Of a stretch of DNA of 64,000 nt, positions 8,800 to 18,726 are shown piece after piece (position 1 is the first letter of the stretch; each line of letters opens with the position of its first letter). Origin of the DNA: Coraliomargaritaceae bacterium (lineage in GTDB: Bacteria; Verrucomicrobiota; Verrucomicrobiia; Opitutales; Coraliomargaritaceae); assembly GCA_965656495.1 (NCBI GenBank), contig CBFHKU010000005.1, positions 70,853 through 134,852 on the forward strand. The letters run 5' to 3'. Under the pieces are notes generated by a model. The model searched no databases. It had not been told where the DNA came from and saw only the letters and a list, made by a program, of their open reading frames with translations. The position numbers and the translations under genes were made by a program.

Positions 8800-10044
8800 A
8801 TGGGGGAACGCATTGCAATTCTTGGAATGGGCGTAAGCGGGCAGGCGGTCGCGGATTTGGCTCAAGCCCGGGGTGATACGGTGCTTACCTTTGATGAAAA
8901 TGTTGCGGCGGATCGCGCCGATTTGACCGGGGCGGATATTGCGGAAGTCGAGCGCATTGTCATCAGTCCCGGTTTGGCAGCGAACCACCCCTGGCGTCGA
9001 AGCGCCCTCGCCAGCGGCAAGCCGTTTCAGGGAGAGATTGGCTATGCCGCCGAGCGCTGGCGTGGAAAAATTTACGGAGTGACCGGAACGAACGGCAAGA
9101 CCTCGCTCACGCAGTTGTTGGCCGCCGCTCTGTGCACAAGCGGGGTGGAAGCGGTGGCCTGCGGGAATATCGGCACGCCGCTCGCCTCAATCGCCGCCAC
9201 TCCGGTGAACACCCCCGAGGCGGTCGCAGTCTGCGAACTCAGTTCCTTTCAGGCGGAGTTGAGCGAGGGGCTTCAACTGGACGCGTTGGCCTGGACCAAT
9301 TTTGCGCCCGACCACCTCGATCGCTATGGGAATCTCAAGGATTATTTCATGGCGAAGTGGAGCCTGACGACGCGACTAAAACCGGCGGCTCCTTTTGTTT
9401 GCGGGGCGGAACTGGGCGCAGTCATGGAATCATTCGGATTCAGGGCAGAAGGAAAAATGAGCGATGCTGAAGCGATGGATCCTGCGGGCTTGCCGGGAGA
9501 CTCCGTCTTTTTGCGCTCGCCCCAAAAAGCAAATCTCGCGCTTGCGCAGGCTTTATGGAAAGCACTGGATGCGGATGCTGCGGCGCTGCGCCGTGCTGCG
9601 GCGGAATTTAAAGTGCCTGCCCATCGGCTTCAAATCGTTGCAACCCTTGAGGGCGTGACCTTTTGGAATGACTCCAAGGCCACCAATTTTCACGCGGTGG
9701 GCGCGGCGCTGGACGCCATGCCGGAAGGGGCGGTGGTTTGGGTTGGGGGAGGCCGCGCCAAGGGCGAAGACCCCGCCATGCTGGTAGAAAAACTTAAGGG
9801 CCGCGTCAGCCACGCCTGTGTCTATGGTGAATGCGCACCGTCACTTTGCGACGCCCTGGAGCGTTCAGAGATTTCTTTTTACCGCGCCGCAAATTGCGAG
9901 GATGCCATTCGCGAGGGGGCGCGTCTTGCGCAGGAAGAGGCGCCCGCCCATTTACTTTTCAGTCCGGGCTTTGCCAGCTTCGATGCTTTTGCCTCGTATG
10001 CGGAGCGCGGAAAATACTTTAATTCGGTTGTTTTAAGTTTGTAG
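8800..10044 (+). CDS. murD: UDP-MurNAc-L-Ala:D-Glu ligase MurD
   Basis: VTGTNGKT, GNIG, ELSSFQ, DHLDRY, NDSKATN, SPGFASFD. Confidence 0.95.
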   Translation: MGERIAILGMGVSGQAVADLAQARGDTVLTFDENVAADRADLTGADIAEVERIVISPGLAANHPWRRSALASGKPFQGEIGYAAERWRGKIYGVTGTNGKTSLTQLLAAALCTSGVEAVACGNIGTPLASIAATPVNTPEAVAVCELSSFQAELSEGLQLDALAWTNFAPDHLDRYGNLKDYFMAKWSLTTRLKPAAPFVCGAELGAVMESFGFRAEGKMSDAEAMDPAGLPGDSVFLRSPQKANLALAQALWKALDADAAALRRAAAEFKVPAHRLQIVATLEGVTFWNDSKATNFHAVGAALDAMPEGAVVWVGGGRAKGEDPAMLVEKLKGRVSHACVYGECAPSLCDALERSEISFYRAANCEDAIREGARLAQEEAPAHLLFSPGFASFDAFASYAERGKYFNSVVLSL

Positions 10045-10099
10045 GCGCGCCTACCACAGGAATAATGAAGTCATTAACGCAAAAGTTACGCTATTTATT

Positions 10100-10996
10100 A
10101 TGAAATTATCCAAACTATTCGGAGTTGTCCTCGGCCTGCATTTAGGCCTCATCGCTATCCTGATTGTCCAGCCGGGATGTAGCTCAACGCAACCGCCCAC
10201 CCGCTACGAACAAGCTGGTGTGACCGCTTATAACAAGGCCCAGAGTCTCGATGAGGTCATCCCCGAGAACGGCGAAAACTTCGGCATCGACCCTGCCTTC
10301 AATGCAACCCCCTTCGACGACAGCCTGCGCGCTGAACCTCAACGACCCACCGAGGTGTATATGGACGCCGACCCGCAGCCGGCAGTTGTCGTTACCGGTG
10401 ACGCTTTTGATACCTATACCGTGCAGGCAGGTGACAGCATGTGGGCCATTGCGAAAAAATTCCAACTGAGCCTCCGCGACCTGCTGAATGCCAATGGTAT
10501 GGGCGAAAATGATATTTTGTCGGTTGGCCGTGAACTTCGCATTCCGGTTCAAAGCACCGTTGCTGAAGTAAGGACTGTCACCGCAGATGTGTATCAGCCC
10601 AGCGGATACAACGCCGAAACCACCAGCTACGAGGTTGTGGCGGGCGATAGTCTCAGCCGAATTGCGCAGCGCTTTGATACCAGCGTCAACGCCATCAAGG
10701 CAGCCAATAATAAGACATCCGACCTGATTCGTGTTGGCGAACAACTGCTCATTCCGGTCAGTGAGACCGCTGCCCCGCAAACTGTTGCTCCGGCAATTGC
10801 ACCCGCGGATCCGGTTCCGGCACCCGTGCAAGCACCCGTGGTAACGCCTGCTCCGGCACCGACTGAACCGGTGGTGGAGTTGAAGGAAGTGCCAAGTCAA
10901 CCGGTCATTGAACCCGCGACGGAGCAAAATATCGACACGAACGCCTTGTTTGAGGAAACGCCTGAAGTGCCGATTGTCCGCGAAGGAAACCCCTGA
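10100..10996 (+). CDS. LysM peptidoglycan-binding protein (two LysM domains, Pro/Ala-rich tail)
   Basis: N-terminal hydrophobic segment with Cys; YTVQAGDSMWAIA and YEVVAGDSLSRIA. Confidence 0.9.
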   Translation: MKLSKLFGVVLGLHLGLIAILIVQPGCSSTQPPTRYEQAGVTAYNKAQSLDEVIPENGENFGIDPAFNATPFDDSLRAEPQRPTEVYMDADPQPAVVVTGDAFDTYTVQAGDSMWAIAKKFQLSLRDLLNANGMGENDILSVGRELRIPVQSTVAEVRTVTADVYQPSGYNAETTSYEVVAGDSLSRIAQRFDTSVNAIKAANNKTSDLIRVGEQLLIPVSETAAPQTVAPAIAPADPVPAPVQAPVVTPAPAPTEPVVELKEVPSQPVIEPATEQNIDTNALFEETPEVPIVREGNP

Positions 10997-11033
10997 GGCC
11001 TTGAGCGTTTTTAATCAGACGATCCAGTAGGGC

Positions 11034-12176
11034 ATGGCACAACATTCCGCCGGACGCAGCGCACTCTTACGTTTACCGCCGGCAGGGGTGTTTATTTGCC
11101 TTGTGGTCATCACCCTGACCTTTCTGGGTCTGGTCGCGCTTTTCAGTGCGTCGCAAGCAATCCACGATGACCCCGCGGTGCTTTTGCGGAAACAGCTCAT
11201 CTGGTTGGTGATTGCAAGTTTTGCGGGCGCATTTGCGATGCTGATCAACCTGGAAGCCCTGCGTCCTTTGTCCTATATCCTTGCGGGGGGTGCGCTCCTC
11301 ACCTTGGTGGCAGTGTTGATTCCGGGAATAGGCGTGACCGTAAACGGGGCGCAACGCTGGATTGATTTTGGCCCGATGCGACTACAGGTTTCGGAAATCG
11401 GAAAACTGGGGCTGCTCTTTGCGCTCGCTCATTACCTCTCGAACAATAAGCGGTATTTGGATCAGTTTCTGCGGGGCTTTGCGATTCCCTGTGGCATCAT
11501 TGGGGTTTTTTGCGGACTGATCATCCTGGAGCCCGACTTTGGGACGACCTTCCTCTGCGGCGCGGTGGGTGGCATCTTGCTTTTTCTGGCGGGGATGCGT
11601 TTGAAATTTTTGATACCCGCGGCGGTCGCGGCACTGACGGGTTTTGCGGTGCTGGTTTACAATGATCCGGTGCGCATGGCGCGCATCACCTCGTTCCTCG
11701 ACGTGGAGGGCAACCGCAGTGACAGCGCCTACCAATTATGGCAGGGTATTCTGGCTTTTGGTGCCGGGGGCTTACAGGGGGCAGGCCTCGGCGAGGGTCG
11801 GCAACAGATGTCTTTTCTACCCGAAGCGCACACCGATTTTATTTTTTCCATCATTGGTGAGGAATTGGGATTCTTTTTTACGGCGGGGGTAGTGGTGCTG
11901 TTTATGACGCTCTTTTTTGTGGGGATCATGCAACTCAAGCGCGCGCCGGGGCTGTATCAATACCTCCTTATGATGGGGGCTTTGTTGTTCATCACCCTTC
12001 AGGCATTGATTAATATCGGGGTGGTAACGGGATGCCTGCCGACCAAGGGTATATCCCTTCCGTTCATCTCATACGGCGGTTCCAATCTGGTCTTCATGTT
12101 TGTCCTGACGGGGATCATTTTAAATGGTTTCCGAACCTGGGAATTTTCAACCCTTCAACCCAAGCGCGATTTATGA
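11034..12176 (+). CDS. ftsW: SEDS peptidoglycan polymerase FtsW
   Basis: NGAQRWI, LPEAHTDFIF, PTKGISLPFISYGGS. Confidence 0.95.
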   Translation: MAQHSAGRSALLRLPPAGVFICLVVITLTFLGLVALFSASQAIHDDPAVLLRKQLIWLVIASFAGAFAMLINLEALRPLSYILAGGALLTLVAVLIPGIGVTVNGAQRWIDFGPMRLQVSEIGKLGLLFALAHYLSNNKRYLDQFLRGFAIPCGIIGVFCGLIILEPDFGTTFLCGAVGGILLFLAGMRLKFLIPAAVAALTGFAVLVYNDPVRMARITSFLDVEGNRSDSAYQLWQGILAFGAGGLQGAGLGEGRQQMSFLPEAHTDFIFSIIGEELGFFFTAGVVVLFMTLFFVGIMQLKRAPGLYQYLLMMGALLFITLQALINIGVVTGCLPTKGISLPFISYGGSNLVFMFVLTGIILNGFRTWEFSTLQPKRDL

Positions 12177-13294
12177 GCACCATCGTCATAGCCTGCGGGG
12201 GAACCGGTGGTCACCTTGCGCCCGGTATTGCGCTTGCCGAGGCCTTAACGGAAGGCGGTCATCGTTGTTTGCTGCTGGTGAGTCAAAAGGCGGTGGATTC
12301 GGCGCTCACCCAAAAATATCAGGATCTCAGTTTTGTTGCGATTCCCGGGCAGGGGATGTCGGGTGGATGGATGCGGCGTCTGCGGGCATGTATGTCTTTG
12401 TTGCATGGCATGGTGTCGGTGCTTCGCCTGCTGCGTCGTGAGGCGCCGGAAGCGGTCTTTCTTTTTGGCGGCTTTCTATCGGCAGGGCCGGGTTTGGCGG
12501 CGCGACTGCTGGGAATACCCATCGCGATGCACGAGGCGAATTGCGCGCCGGGTCGGGTGACGCGTTTGTTTGCGCCCCATGCGAAGCGGGTTTACCTCCC
12601 GGCGGGAGTGGAATTGCAGGGCGTCGCGCCGGAATGCCTTCGGGAACTCGGTTATCCGGTTCGGCGGGAAATTGCAGTGATGTCCAAAGCAAGCGCCCGC
12701 GCGGCCCTCGGGCTTGAAAGCGGTGGTAAATTATTGCTCGTGATCGGCGGGAGTCAGGGAGCCCGTGCCTTGAATGAATGGGCGGAGAAAAATTTTGAAG
12801 CATTGGCGGAATCGGGTATATCGATTTATTGTGTGAGTGGATTAAAACAAGCGGAAGCGCAGCACCGGCAACACCCGAGCCGCGATGGCGGAAGCGGTCA
12901 TTTTACTCGGGTGGAATTTTCGGATCGCATGGGGGTGCTGTTGTCGGCAGCCGATTTGGTCGTTTCGCGGGCGGGTGCCGGAAGCCTCGCGGAACTGGCG
13001 GCCTGCGCTAGGCCGTCGATTTTAATCCCATACCCCCACGCGGCGGATGATCATCAGACTGCCAATGCCGCGGCGCACGTGCAAGCGGGCGCGGGGCGTA
13101 TGCTGCCGCAAACTGAGCTTGGGGCTTTGCTGGAGCAGGTACAGGATTTGATTTTTGACGGTGCGGAGTTGGAGCGGATGAAAGACGCGCTGCAAGGGCT
13201 CGATCCCACGAATGCCGCCGCGATGATCGCGGAGGATTTGCTGACCCTCACGGCGGGTGGGCAAAAAACAGAAGGAGGATCTGATGGAGCTTAA
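12173..13294 (+). CDS. murG: Lipid II GlcNAc transferase MurG
   Basis: GGTGGHLAPG, GGSQGA, SRAGAGS, DDHQTANA; ATGA overlap with ftsW. Confidence 0.95.
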   Translation: MSTIVIACGGTGGHLAPGIALAEALTEGGHRCLLLVSQKAVDSALTQKYQDLSFVAIPGQGMSGGWMRRLRACMSLLHGMVSVLRLLRREAPEAVFLFGGFLSAGPGLAARLLGIPIAMHEANCAPGRVTRLFAPHAKRVYLPAGVELQGVAPECLRELGYPVRREIAVMSKASARAALGLESGGKLLLVIGGSQGARALNEWAEKNFEALAESGISIYCVSGLKQAEAQHRQHPSRDGGSGHFTRVEFSDRMGVLLSAADLVVSRAGAGSLAELAACARPSILIPYPHAADDHQTANAAAHVQAGAGRMLPQTELGALLEQVQDLIFDGAELERMKDALQGLDPTNAAAMIAEDLLTLTAGGQKTEGGSDGA

Positions 13295-15512
13295 GGAGCA
13301 ACGTTATTGTTTTGCCGGAGTGGGCGGCATGGGAATGGCGCCTCTGGCAGCCTGGCTCGCAGCGGCAGGTTGTGAGGTTTGCGGGCATGACGATTACCTG
13401 CAGACGGAGGTGCGCGAAATGTTGGAGTCTGCGGGGGTGGAAGTGCGTGATTTTCTTTTTGGTGAGGAAGTTGGCAGCTTTGATGTGTTGGTATATTCCA
13501 GTGCGCTGGCGAGTGATCACCCCCTCCTGCTCGCGGCTGAGAAATCGGGACTGGAGGTCATACGGCGGGGAGAATTGCTCGCAAAGGTCTCGCAGGGTCG
13601 CCGTTTGTTGGCGGTGGTAGGCAGTCACGGAAAGACCACCACTACCGGGCTCATTGCGCATGGTTTGATCGAACACGGGATCAAGGCGGATTTTATTCTC
13701 GGTGGATTTTTTGCGAATGAAGCGCACCCGCCCTTCCGATATGGGGGTCACGAATGGTTGGTTGCGGAGGTGGATGAAAGTGACGGCACCATCGCGGCTT
13801 TCAATCCGGAGGCGACTCTGGTGCTGAATCTGGATTGGGATCATGCCGACCATTATCCGGATGAAGGTTCTCTGGAATCGGCATTCAAGGCATTGCTTGA
13901 GCGTACCCGTAGCTGCGTTTTGGCGCCGGAAGACTTGCGGGACTCCCTCTTGGTGACACCGGATCTTCATTGTCAAACCTGGTCGGTGGAGGGCAGTGGG
14001 ATGAACGCCGCCAATGCCGCCGCCGCAAAAGCTGCCTTGGAATATTTGAATGGGGGTCGCATTGAATCGGCTTCGAGGCAGGAGTTTCCCGGCATGGCGC
14101 GTCGGCAGACCTGTTTGCATCGCGATGTCCTGCTGGCGGTATACGAGGACTACGCGCATCACCCGACCGAAATCGAAGCGCTTGTGGAGCATTTGCGAAA
14201 GGTCGAACCCGGTCGCCGTTTGGTGGTGGTGTTTCAGGCGCACCGTTATTCGCGAACCCGGCAATTCAAGGACGCCTTTGCGCGGGCGCTCGGCGCGGCG
14301 GATCAGGTCTTCCTGCTCCCGATCTACGCAGCGCATGAAACGGAGCGCGCGGGAGGTGAGATGCTCAATTTCACGATGGCGTTTGGAACGACAGCGCCGA
14401 CGGTATTGACGATGAACCGTCGCGGGATGGAAAAGTTGGCGCTGGCATTGACCGAGGAACCCTTGACGCTCGCTTTTGTGGGCGCCGGTGACATCAATCA
14501 ATTTGCGGCGGCATTTGTATCGCAGGTGCGCACGGGATTTGATCCTGCCGAGGCATGGATGGATTATATGAAGCGGCGGGTTTCGGGAACCTGCACCTTG
14601 GGAACAGGGGAAGCGCTCGCGAGCAAGACCACCATGCGGGTCGGTGGTGCGGCGGCCTTTTATGCGGAGCCCGAAAACATGAGCGATTTGCGCGCATTGT
14701 TGCGGGGAGCGGAACTATTCGAGCAGCCGGTCTTTTCTCTGGGTCGGGGCTCAAATATAGTGGTTCCCGATGAAGGATTCGCGGGTCTGGTTTTACGTTT
14801 TAACCGGGGGCTCTGGCGGGAAAGCCGCATCCTGGATGACGGGCGCCTTTGGGTGGGCGCAGGAGTGCGCTTGAAGGAGGTCTGCGGGCAAGCGGCGAAA
14901 GCGGGTTTGGCGGGTTTTGAATTTCTGGAAGGGATTCCGGGTTCGGTGGGTGGCTCGCTGCGGATGAACGCCGGCGCGATGGGGAGTTGGATTTTTGATG
15001 TAGTGGAGCGGGTGCAGTTATTGGAAGCAGATGGACGGGTGCGGGATTTGCCGAAGGCGGCGTTTCATTTTGGCTACCGGAAGGTGGAGGAGATTTGCGG
15101 CGGTATTGCGCTGGGGGCGATTCTGCGCAGTCCTGAAAAAGAAAGTGGGGTGGCGATTCGCGAACGGATGGATAGTTATGCTTCGGTGCGGAAGGCGAGT
15201 CAGCCGCGTGAACCGAGCGCGGGCTGTATCTTTAAGAATCCCGAGGGGGACTACGCCGGGAAGTTAATCGACACGCATGGTTTAAAAGGTTTGCGGGTGG
15301 GTGATGCGGAGGTCTCGGAGGTGCACGGCAACTTCATTGTAAACAAGGGTGCGGCAACTGCGGCGGATATTATTGAACTGGTACGGCAGGTGCGGGCGGC
15401 GGTGTATCGCGGCTCGGGCAAGGTTTTGGAACCGGAGGTCCTGCTGCTGGGACAGGATTGGAACACGGTGCTTGGCGAACCGAACAATGGGAAAGGGGGC
15501 GAGCATGGATAG
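13284..15512 (+). CDS. murC-murB: Bifunctional MurC-MurB fusion
   Basis: N half GVGGMGM, GSHGKTTT, EVDESDG, DYAHHPTE, FQAHRYSRT (MurC). C half GRGSN, GIPGSVGG, MNAGA, PSAGCIFKNP, HGNFIVN, LEPEV (MurB). GGAGG RBS. Confidence 0.95.
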   Translation: MELKEQRYCFAGVGGMGMAPLAAWLAAAGCEVCGHDDYLQTEVREMLESAGVEVRDFLFGEEVGSFDVLVYSSALASDHPLLLAAEKSGLEVIRRGELLAKVSQGRRLLAVVGSHGKTTTTGLIAHGLIEHGIKADFILGGFFANEAHPPFRYGGHEWLVAEVDESDGTIAAFNPEATLVLNLDWDHADHYPDEGSLESAFKALLERTRSCVLAPEDLRDSLLVTPDLHCQTWSVEGSGMNAANAAAAKAALEYLNGGRIESASRQEFPGMARRQTCLHRDVLLAVYEDYAHHPTEIEALVEHLRKVEPGRRLVVVFQAHRYSRTRQFKDAFARALGAADQVFLLPIYAAHETERAGGEMLNFTMAFGTTAPTVLTMNRRGMEKLALALTEEPLTLAFVGAGDINQFAAAFVSQVRTGFDPAEAWMDYMKRRVSGTCTLGTGEALASKTTMRVGGAAAFYAEPENMSDLRALLRGAELFEQPVFSLGRGSNIVVPDEGFAGLVLRFNRGLWRESRILDDGRLWVGAGVRLKEVCGQAAKAGLAGFEFLEGIPGSVGGSLRMNAGAMGSWIFDVVERVQLLEADGRVRDLPKAAFHFGYRKVEEICGGIALGAILRSPEKESGVAIRERMDSYASVRKASQPREPSAGCIFKNPEGDYAGKLIDTHGLKGLRVGDAEVSEVHGNFIVNKGAATAADIIELVRQVRAAVYRGSGKVLEPEVLLLGQDWNTVLGEPNNGKGGEHG

Positions 15513-16449
15513 GGCTCAACCCGAGCGCATCGTGGTGCTTTACGGTGGAGTGGGCGCGGAGCGGGAGGTCTCCATGCAAAGCGGGCCGGCCCTCGCCAAG
15601 GCGCTGGAGGCGCATTATAGCGTTGAAACCCTGGTACTTGAGGCGGCGGCGTTGCCTGCCGGTCTGGACTTGCGGACGGCGGTGGTATTCCCGGCCTTGC
15701 ATGGCAGCTTTGGCGAAGACGGAACATTGCAGGCGCTTTTGGAAACGGCGGGGGTGGCTTATTGTGGCAGTGATGCCGAAGCGAGCCGTCTGTGTATGGC
15801 GAAGGACCGCGCCAAGGCGATCGCTGGGGATTTGAGAATTGCGACCCCCGAGGCGATTCATTTTGAGGGTGGCAAGAACCCCCTGGCCGACGCCGTGATC
15901 GAGACTTTGGGCAGTTCGCTTGTGGTGAAGCCCGCCAATCAGGGCAGTAGCGTGGGTTTGCATTTTGCGGAAAACCGCTCGGCATTGGGCGTGGCGCTCT
16001 CGCAGATTCACGCGGGTGAATGGTTGATCGAGCGGCGCATCCGGGGTCGCGAGCTCACGGTGGGTCTTTTGGATGGCAAGGCGATGGGGATCGTGGAGGT
16101 CATCAGCAAAAGCGGCGTTTATGACTACCGCGCCAAATACACCACCGGTGATACGGAATACCGCAGTCCCGCCTCCCTCGATAACGGTATTGCGTCTGAA
16201 ATCAAAGCGGCGGCAGAGGCACTCTTCGCGGCATGTGCTTGCCGTGATTTTGCGCGGATTGATTTTCTACTGGAAGAAGGGAAGCCGTATTTCCTGGAGG
16301 TGAACACCCTGCCGGGTTTGACGGCATCGAGTCTCTTGCCGAAAAGCGCTGCTTGTGAGGGGCTTGATTTTGAAACACTCGCAGTGGCGCTGGTTCGCGG
16401 AGGCTGCGAGCGTTATGCCACTGAAAGAATCGGGGGTGGGGCATCGTGA
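15505..16449 (+). CDS. ddl: D-alanine--D-alanine ligase
   Basis: GGVGAEREVS, LHGSFGEDG, GSSVG, YDYRAKY, LEVNTLPG. Confidence 0.96.
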   Translation: MDRAQPERIVVLYGGVGAEREVSMQSGPALAKALEAHYSVETLVLEAAALPAGLDLRTAVVFPALHGSFGEDGTLQALLETAGVAYCGSDAEASRLCMAKDRAKAIAGDLRIATPEAIHFEGGKNPLADAVIETLGSSLVVKPANQGSSVGLHFAENRSALGVALSQIHAGEWLIERRIRGRELTVGLLDGKAMGIVEVISKSGVYDYRAKYTTGDTEYRSPASLDNGIASEIKAAAEALFAACACRDFARIDFLLEEGKPYFLEVNTLPGLTASSLLPKSAACEGLDFETLAVALVRGGCERYATERIGGGAS

Positions 16450-17393
16450 AGGGTCGACGCAGAGACTGGGGGGAAAGCAGCGCGCGCGGCGATCACAGTT
16501 GGCACGCCCTACGCAAAGAAACCAACCAAACGCGCGGGGTAAAAAGCCGCACCGTTCAGCGCAGACAGGTTTTGCTATATTTGAAACGCGCCACTGTGGG
16601 TATTGTTTATCTCGCCTTGATTGGAGCTCTGGTGCTTTGGGTGGGTGCGCAGCTAAAGGAAGATGTTAAAGCCGGCGCTCTGGTTGATTCCGAGCCGCTG
16701 GCGGAGATTCGCTACAACACCAATGGAGTCCTGAGCGAAGCACGCTTGGCAGGCATCATCCAAGTCTCGGCGGGAACCCGTTTGATCGATGTCGATATTC
16801 ACGCCATAAAAGCGAAATTGGAGTCGCATAAACAGGTTGCCTCCGCAGTGGTGCAGCGGGAATTGCCGGACACCCTGCGCATTCGTTTGGTGGAGCACCA
16901 ACCGGTCATGCGCATGGTCATCGAGAGCAATACGGGGTCGAAGGAACTGCGACTGGTTTCGCGGACAGGTGAGATTTTTGAAGGCCTGGATCAGGACGCC
17001 TCAGTGATACGTGCCCTGCCTTATTTGGGGCCCTTTGTTTATCCGGATGGAACTTACAAACCCTTGCGTGGCATCGAAACCGTCACGGACTTGCTGGACA
17101 CCTGCCGTTCGAATTACCCGGAGGAATACCAGACCTGGAAGGTGGTCTCTTTGGAGCATTACCGTGGCGAAGCGGGTTTGCCGGGGGAAGTCATTGAGCT
17201 GTTGAGCAAGGAGGGGGAGGCATCGGTCCGGCTGATTTTTAGCGCGAATCTGGATTTCAGGCTTCAACTCGACCGCCTGCGTCATATTCGCGAGGTCGCG
17301 CGGGGTCTGCGCGACTCCCTCGAACGGGTGGATCTTTCTCTGAGTAATGCTGCCGCAGTGAAATTTAAAAGCGGGCGCGATAAACTTTTATAA
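16446..17393 (+). CDS. ftsQ: Cell division protein FtsQ/DivIB
   Basis: Basic N-tail, single TM, POTRA-like region (VQRELPDTLRIRLVEHQP); lies between ddl and ftsA. Confidence 0.85.
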   Translation: MKGRRRDWGESSARGDHSWHALRKETNQTRGVKSRTVQRRQVLLYLKRATVGIVYLALIGALVLWVGAQLKEDVKAGALVDSEPLAEIRYNTNGVLSEARLAGIIQVSAGTRLIDVDIHAIKAKLESHKQVASAVVQRELPDTLRIRLVEHQPVMRMVIESNTGSKELRLVSRTGEIFEGLDQDASVIRALPYLGPFVYPDGTYKPLRGIETVTDLLDTCRSNYPEEYQTWKVVSLEHYRGEAGLPGEVIELLSKEGEASVRLIFSANLDFRLQLDRLRHIREVARGLRDSLERVDLSLSNAAAVKFKSGRDKLL

Positions 17394-17493
17394 AAAATTG
17401 GGACTTGGATGAATTTTAACTCGCCCCGCAGGCCGTATTTTTGCCAGTTTTACCTATCGATGTTAACCCCAGCCAAATCTACGAATTAGTTCC

Positions 17494-18726
17494 ATGAGTC
17501 AGCCCCGAGTCGTTGCAGCAGTGGAAATCGGAACCAGTAAAATCGCAGTTTTACTGGGCAAGCTGGAGGGCAATACCAATATGGAAATTGTGGGGCACAG
17601 CCTCTCCACTTCAAAGGGGGTCAAAAAAGGCGAAATCCGCGATTTGCGCGCGGTGAGCGATTGCGTCCATTCCGCCCTCGGTTCCGCGGAGAGCAAAGCA
17701 TCGCAGCGCATTGACGAGGTTTACCTGGCTTTGAGCGGGCGTCATTTGGAGGGGAATTTTAATGTGGGCACCGCAACCGTGAGTGATGCCGCGGGCTGGG
17801 TGCGGCAGATTGATATTGATCAGGCGAAGACCGACGCCAAACGGCGCGAGTTGCCCGAAGACCGCAGTTACATTCACCATATTCAGAATCCATTTCGCCT
17901 TGATGGTAAACCGGTGGAGAGTCCCCTTGAGCAGGAGGGGCAACGCTTGGAGGTGGGCTATTGGTCGGTACACGCCGACACCGCACAGGTGCGCAATTGC
18001 CTACGCATAATCAGTGGTTACGGTATGGAGGTGAGCGATATCGTGATCTCGAGTTTGGCATCGGGGGTAATTTTGGCAGAGGAGTCCGAAAAGAATGCGG
18101 GTGTATTGGTGATTGATATCGGCGGCGGCACCACGGATTGGGTTTTGTATCGCGGTGGTTTTGTGGTGCGCACCGGTGTGATTGCGGTGGGCGGGGACCA
18201 TATTACCAATGATTTGAGTGCCGGTCTGCGGATCGGACGGAAACGCGCGGAGCAGATAAAACTTGAGAATGGTCGCGCCTATTATGAAAGCGGTGACCGC
18301 AATGAGAAGGTCTGGCTTATCGGCGACTACACGATTGGTGACAAGGAACTCCCCAAGGCGGCGGTGACTCGAATTATTGAGGCGCGGGTGAACGAGATCT
18401 TTGAAATCGTGAAGTCGGAAATCAAGCAAGCGGGCTTCTACGACCCGGCAGAAATCGCGAGCGGGGTCATTCTCACGGGCGGAACGGCGCGACTTGAGGG
18501 ACTGGATCAAATCGCGGAGCGGGTCTTGGGCTTGAGCGTTCGCTTTGCGGATTTTGATCCCGGGATTGATTCAGAACTGCGCAAGCCGGAATACACCACC
18601 GTGATTGGTTTACTGGATTATGCCTTGCAGGGGCAGGAACACACGCAAGACAAGCACACTGGCGGAGGCATTCTGGGCGGGTTGTTTGATATTCTTGGAA
18701 TTTCGCGCAGGGAGGGCGCCCTATAA
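17494..18726 (+). CDS. ftsA: Cell division protein FtsA
   Basis: EIGTSKI, IDIGGGTTD, GGDHITNDL, ILTGG. Confidence 0.95.
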   Translation: MSQPRVVAAVEIGTSKIAVLLGKLEGNTNMEIVGHSLSTSKGVKKGEIRDLRAVSDCVHSALGSAESKASQRIDEVYLALSGRHLEGNFNVGTATVSDAAGWVRQIDIDQAKTDAKRRELPEDRSYIHHIQNPFRLDGKPVESPLEQEGQRLEVGYWSVHADTAQVRNCLRIISGYGMEVSDIVISSLASGVILAEESEKNAGVLVIDIGGGTTDWVLYRGGFVVRTGVIAVGGDHITNDLSAGLRIGRKRAEQIKLENGRAYYESGDRNEKVWLIGDYTIGDKELPKAAVTRIIEARVNEIFEIVKSEIKQAGFYDPAEIASGVILTGGTARLEGLDQIAERVLGLSVRFADFDPGIDSELRKPEYTTVIGLLDYALQGQEHTQDKHTGGGILGGLFDILGISRREGAL

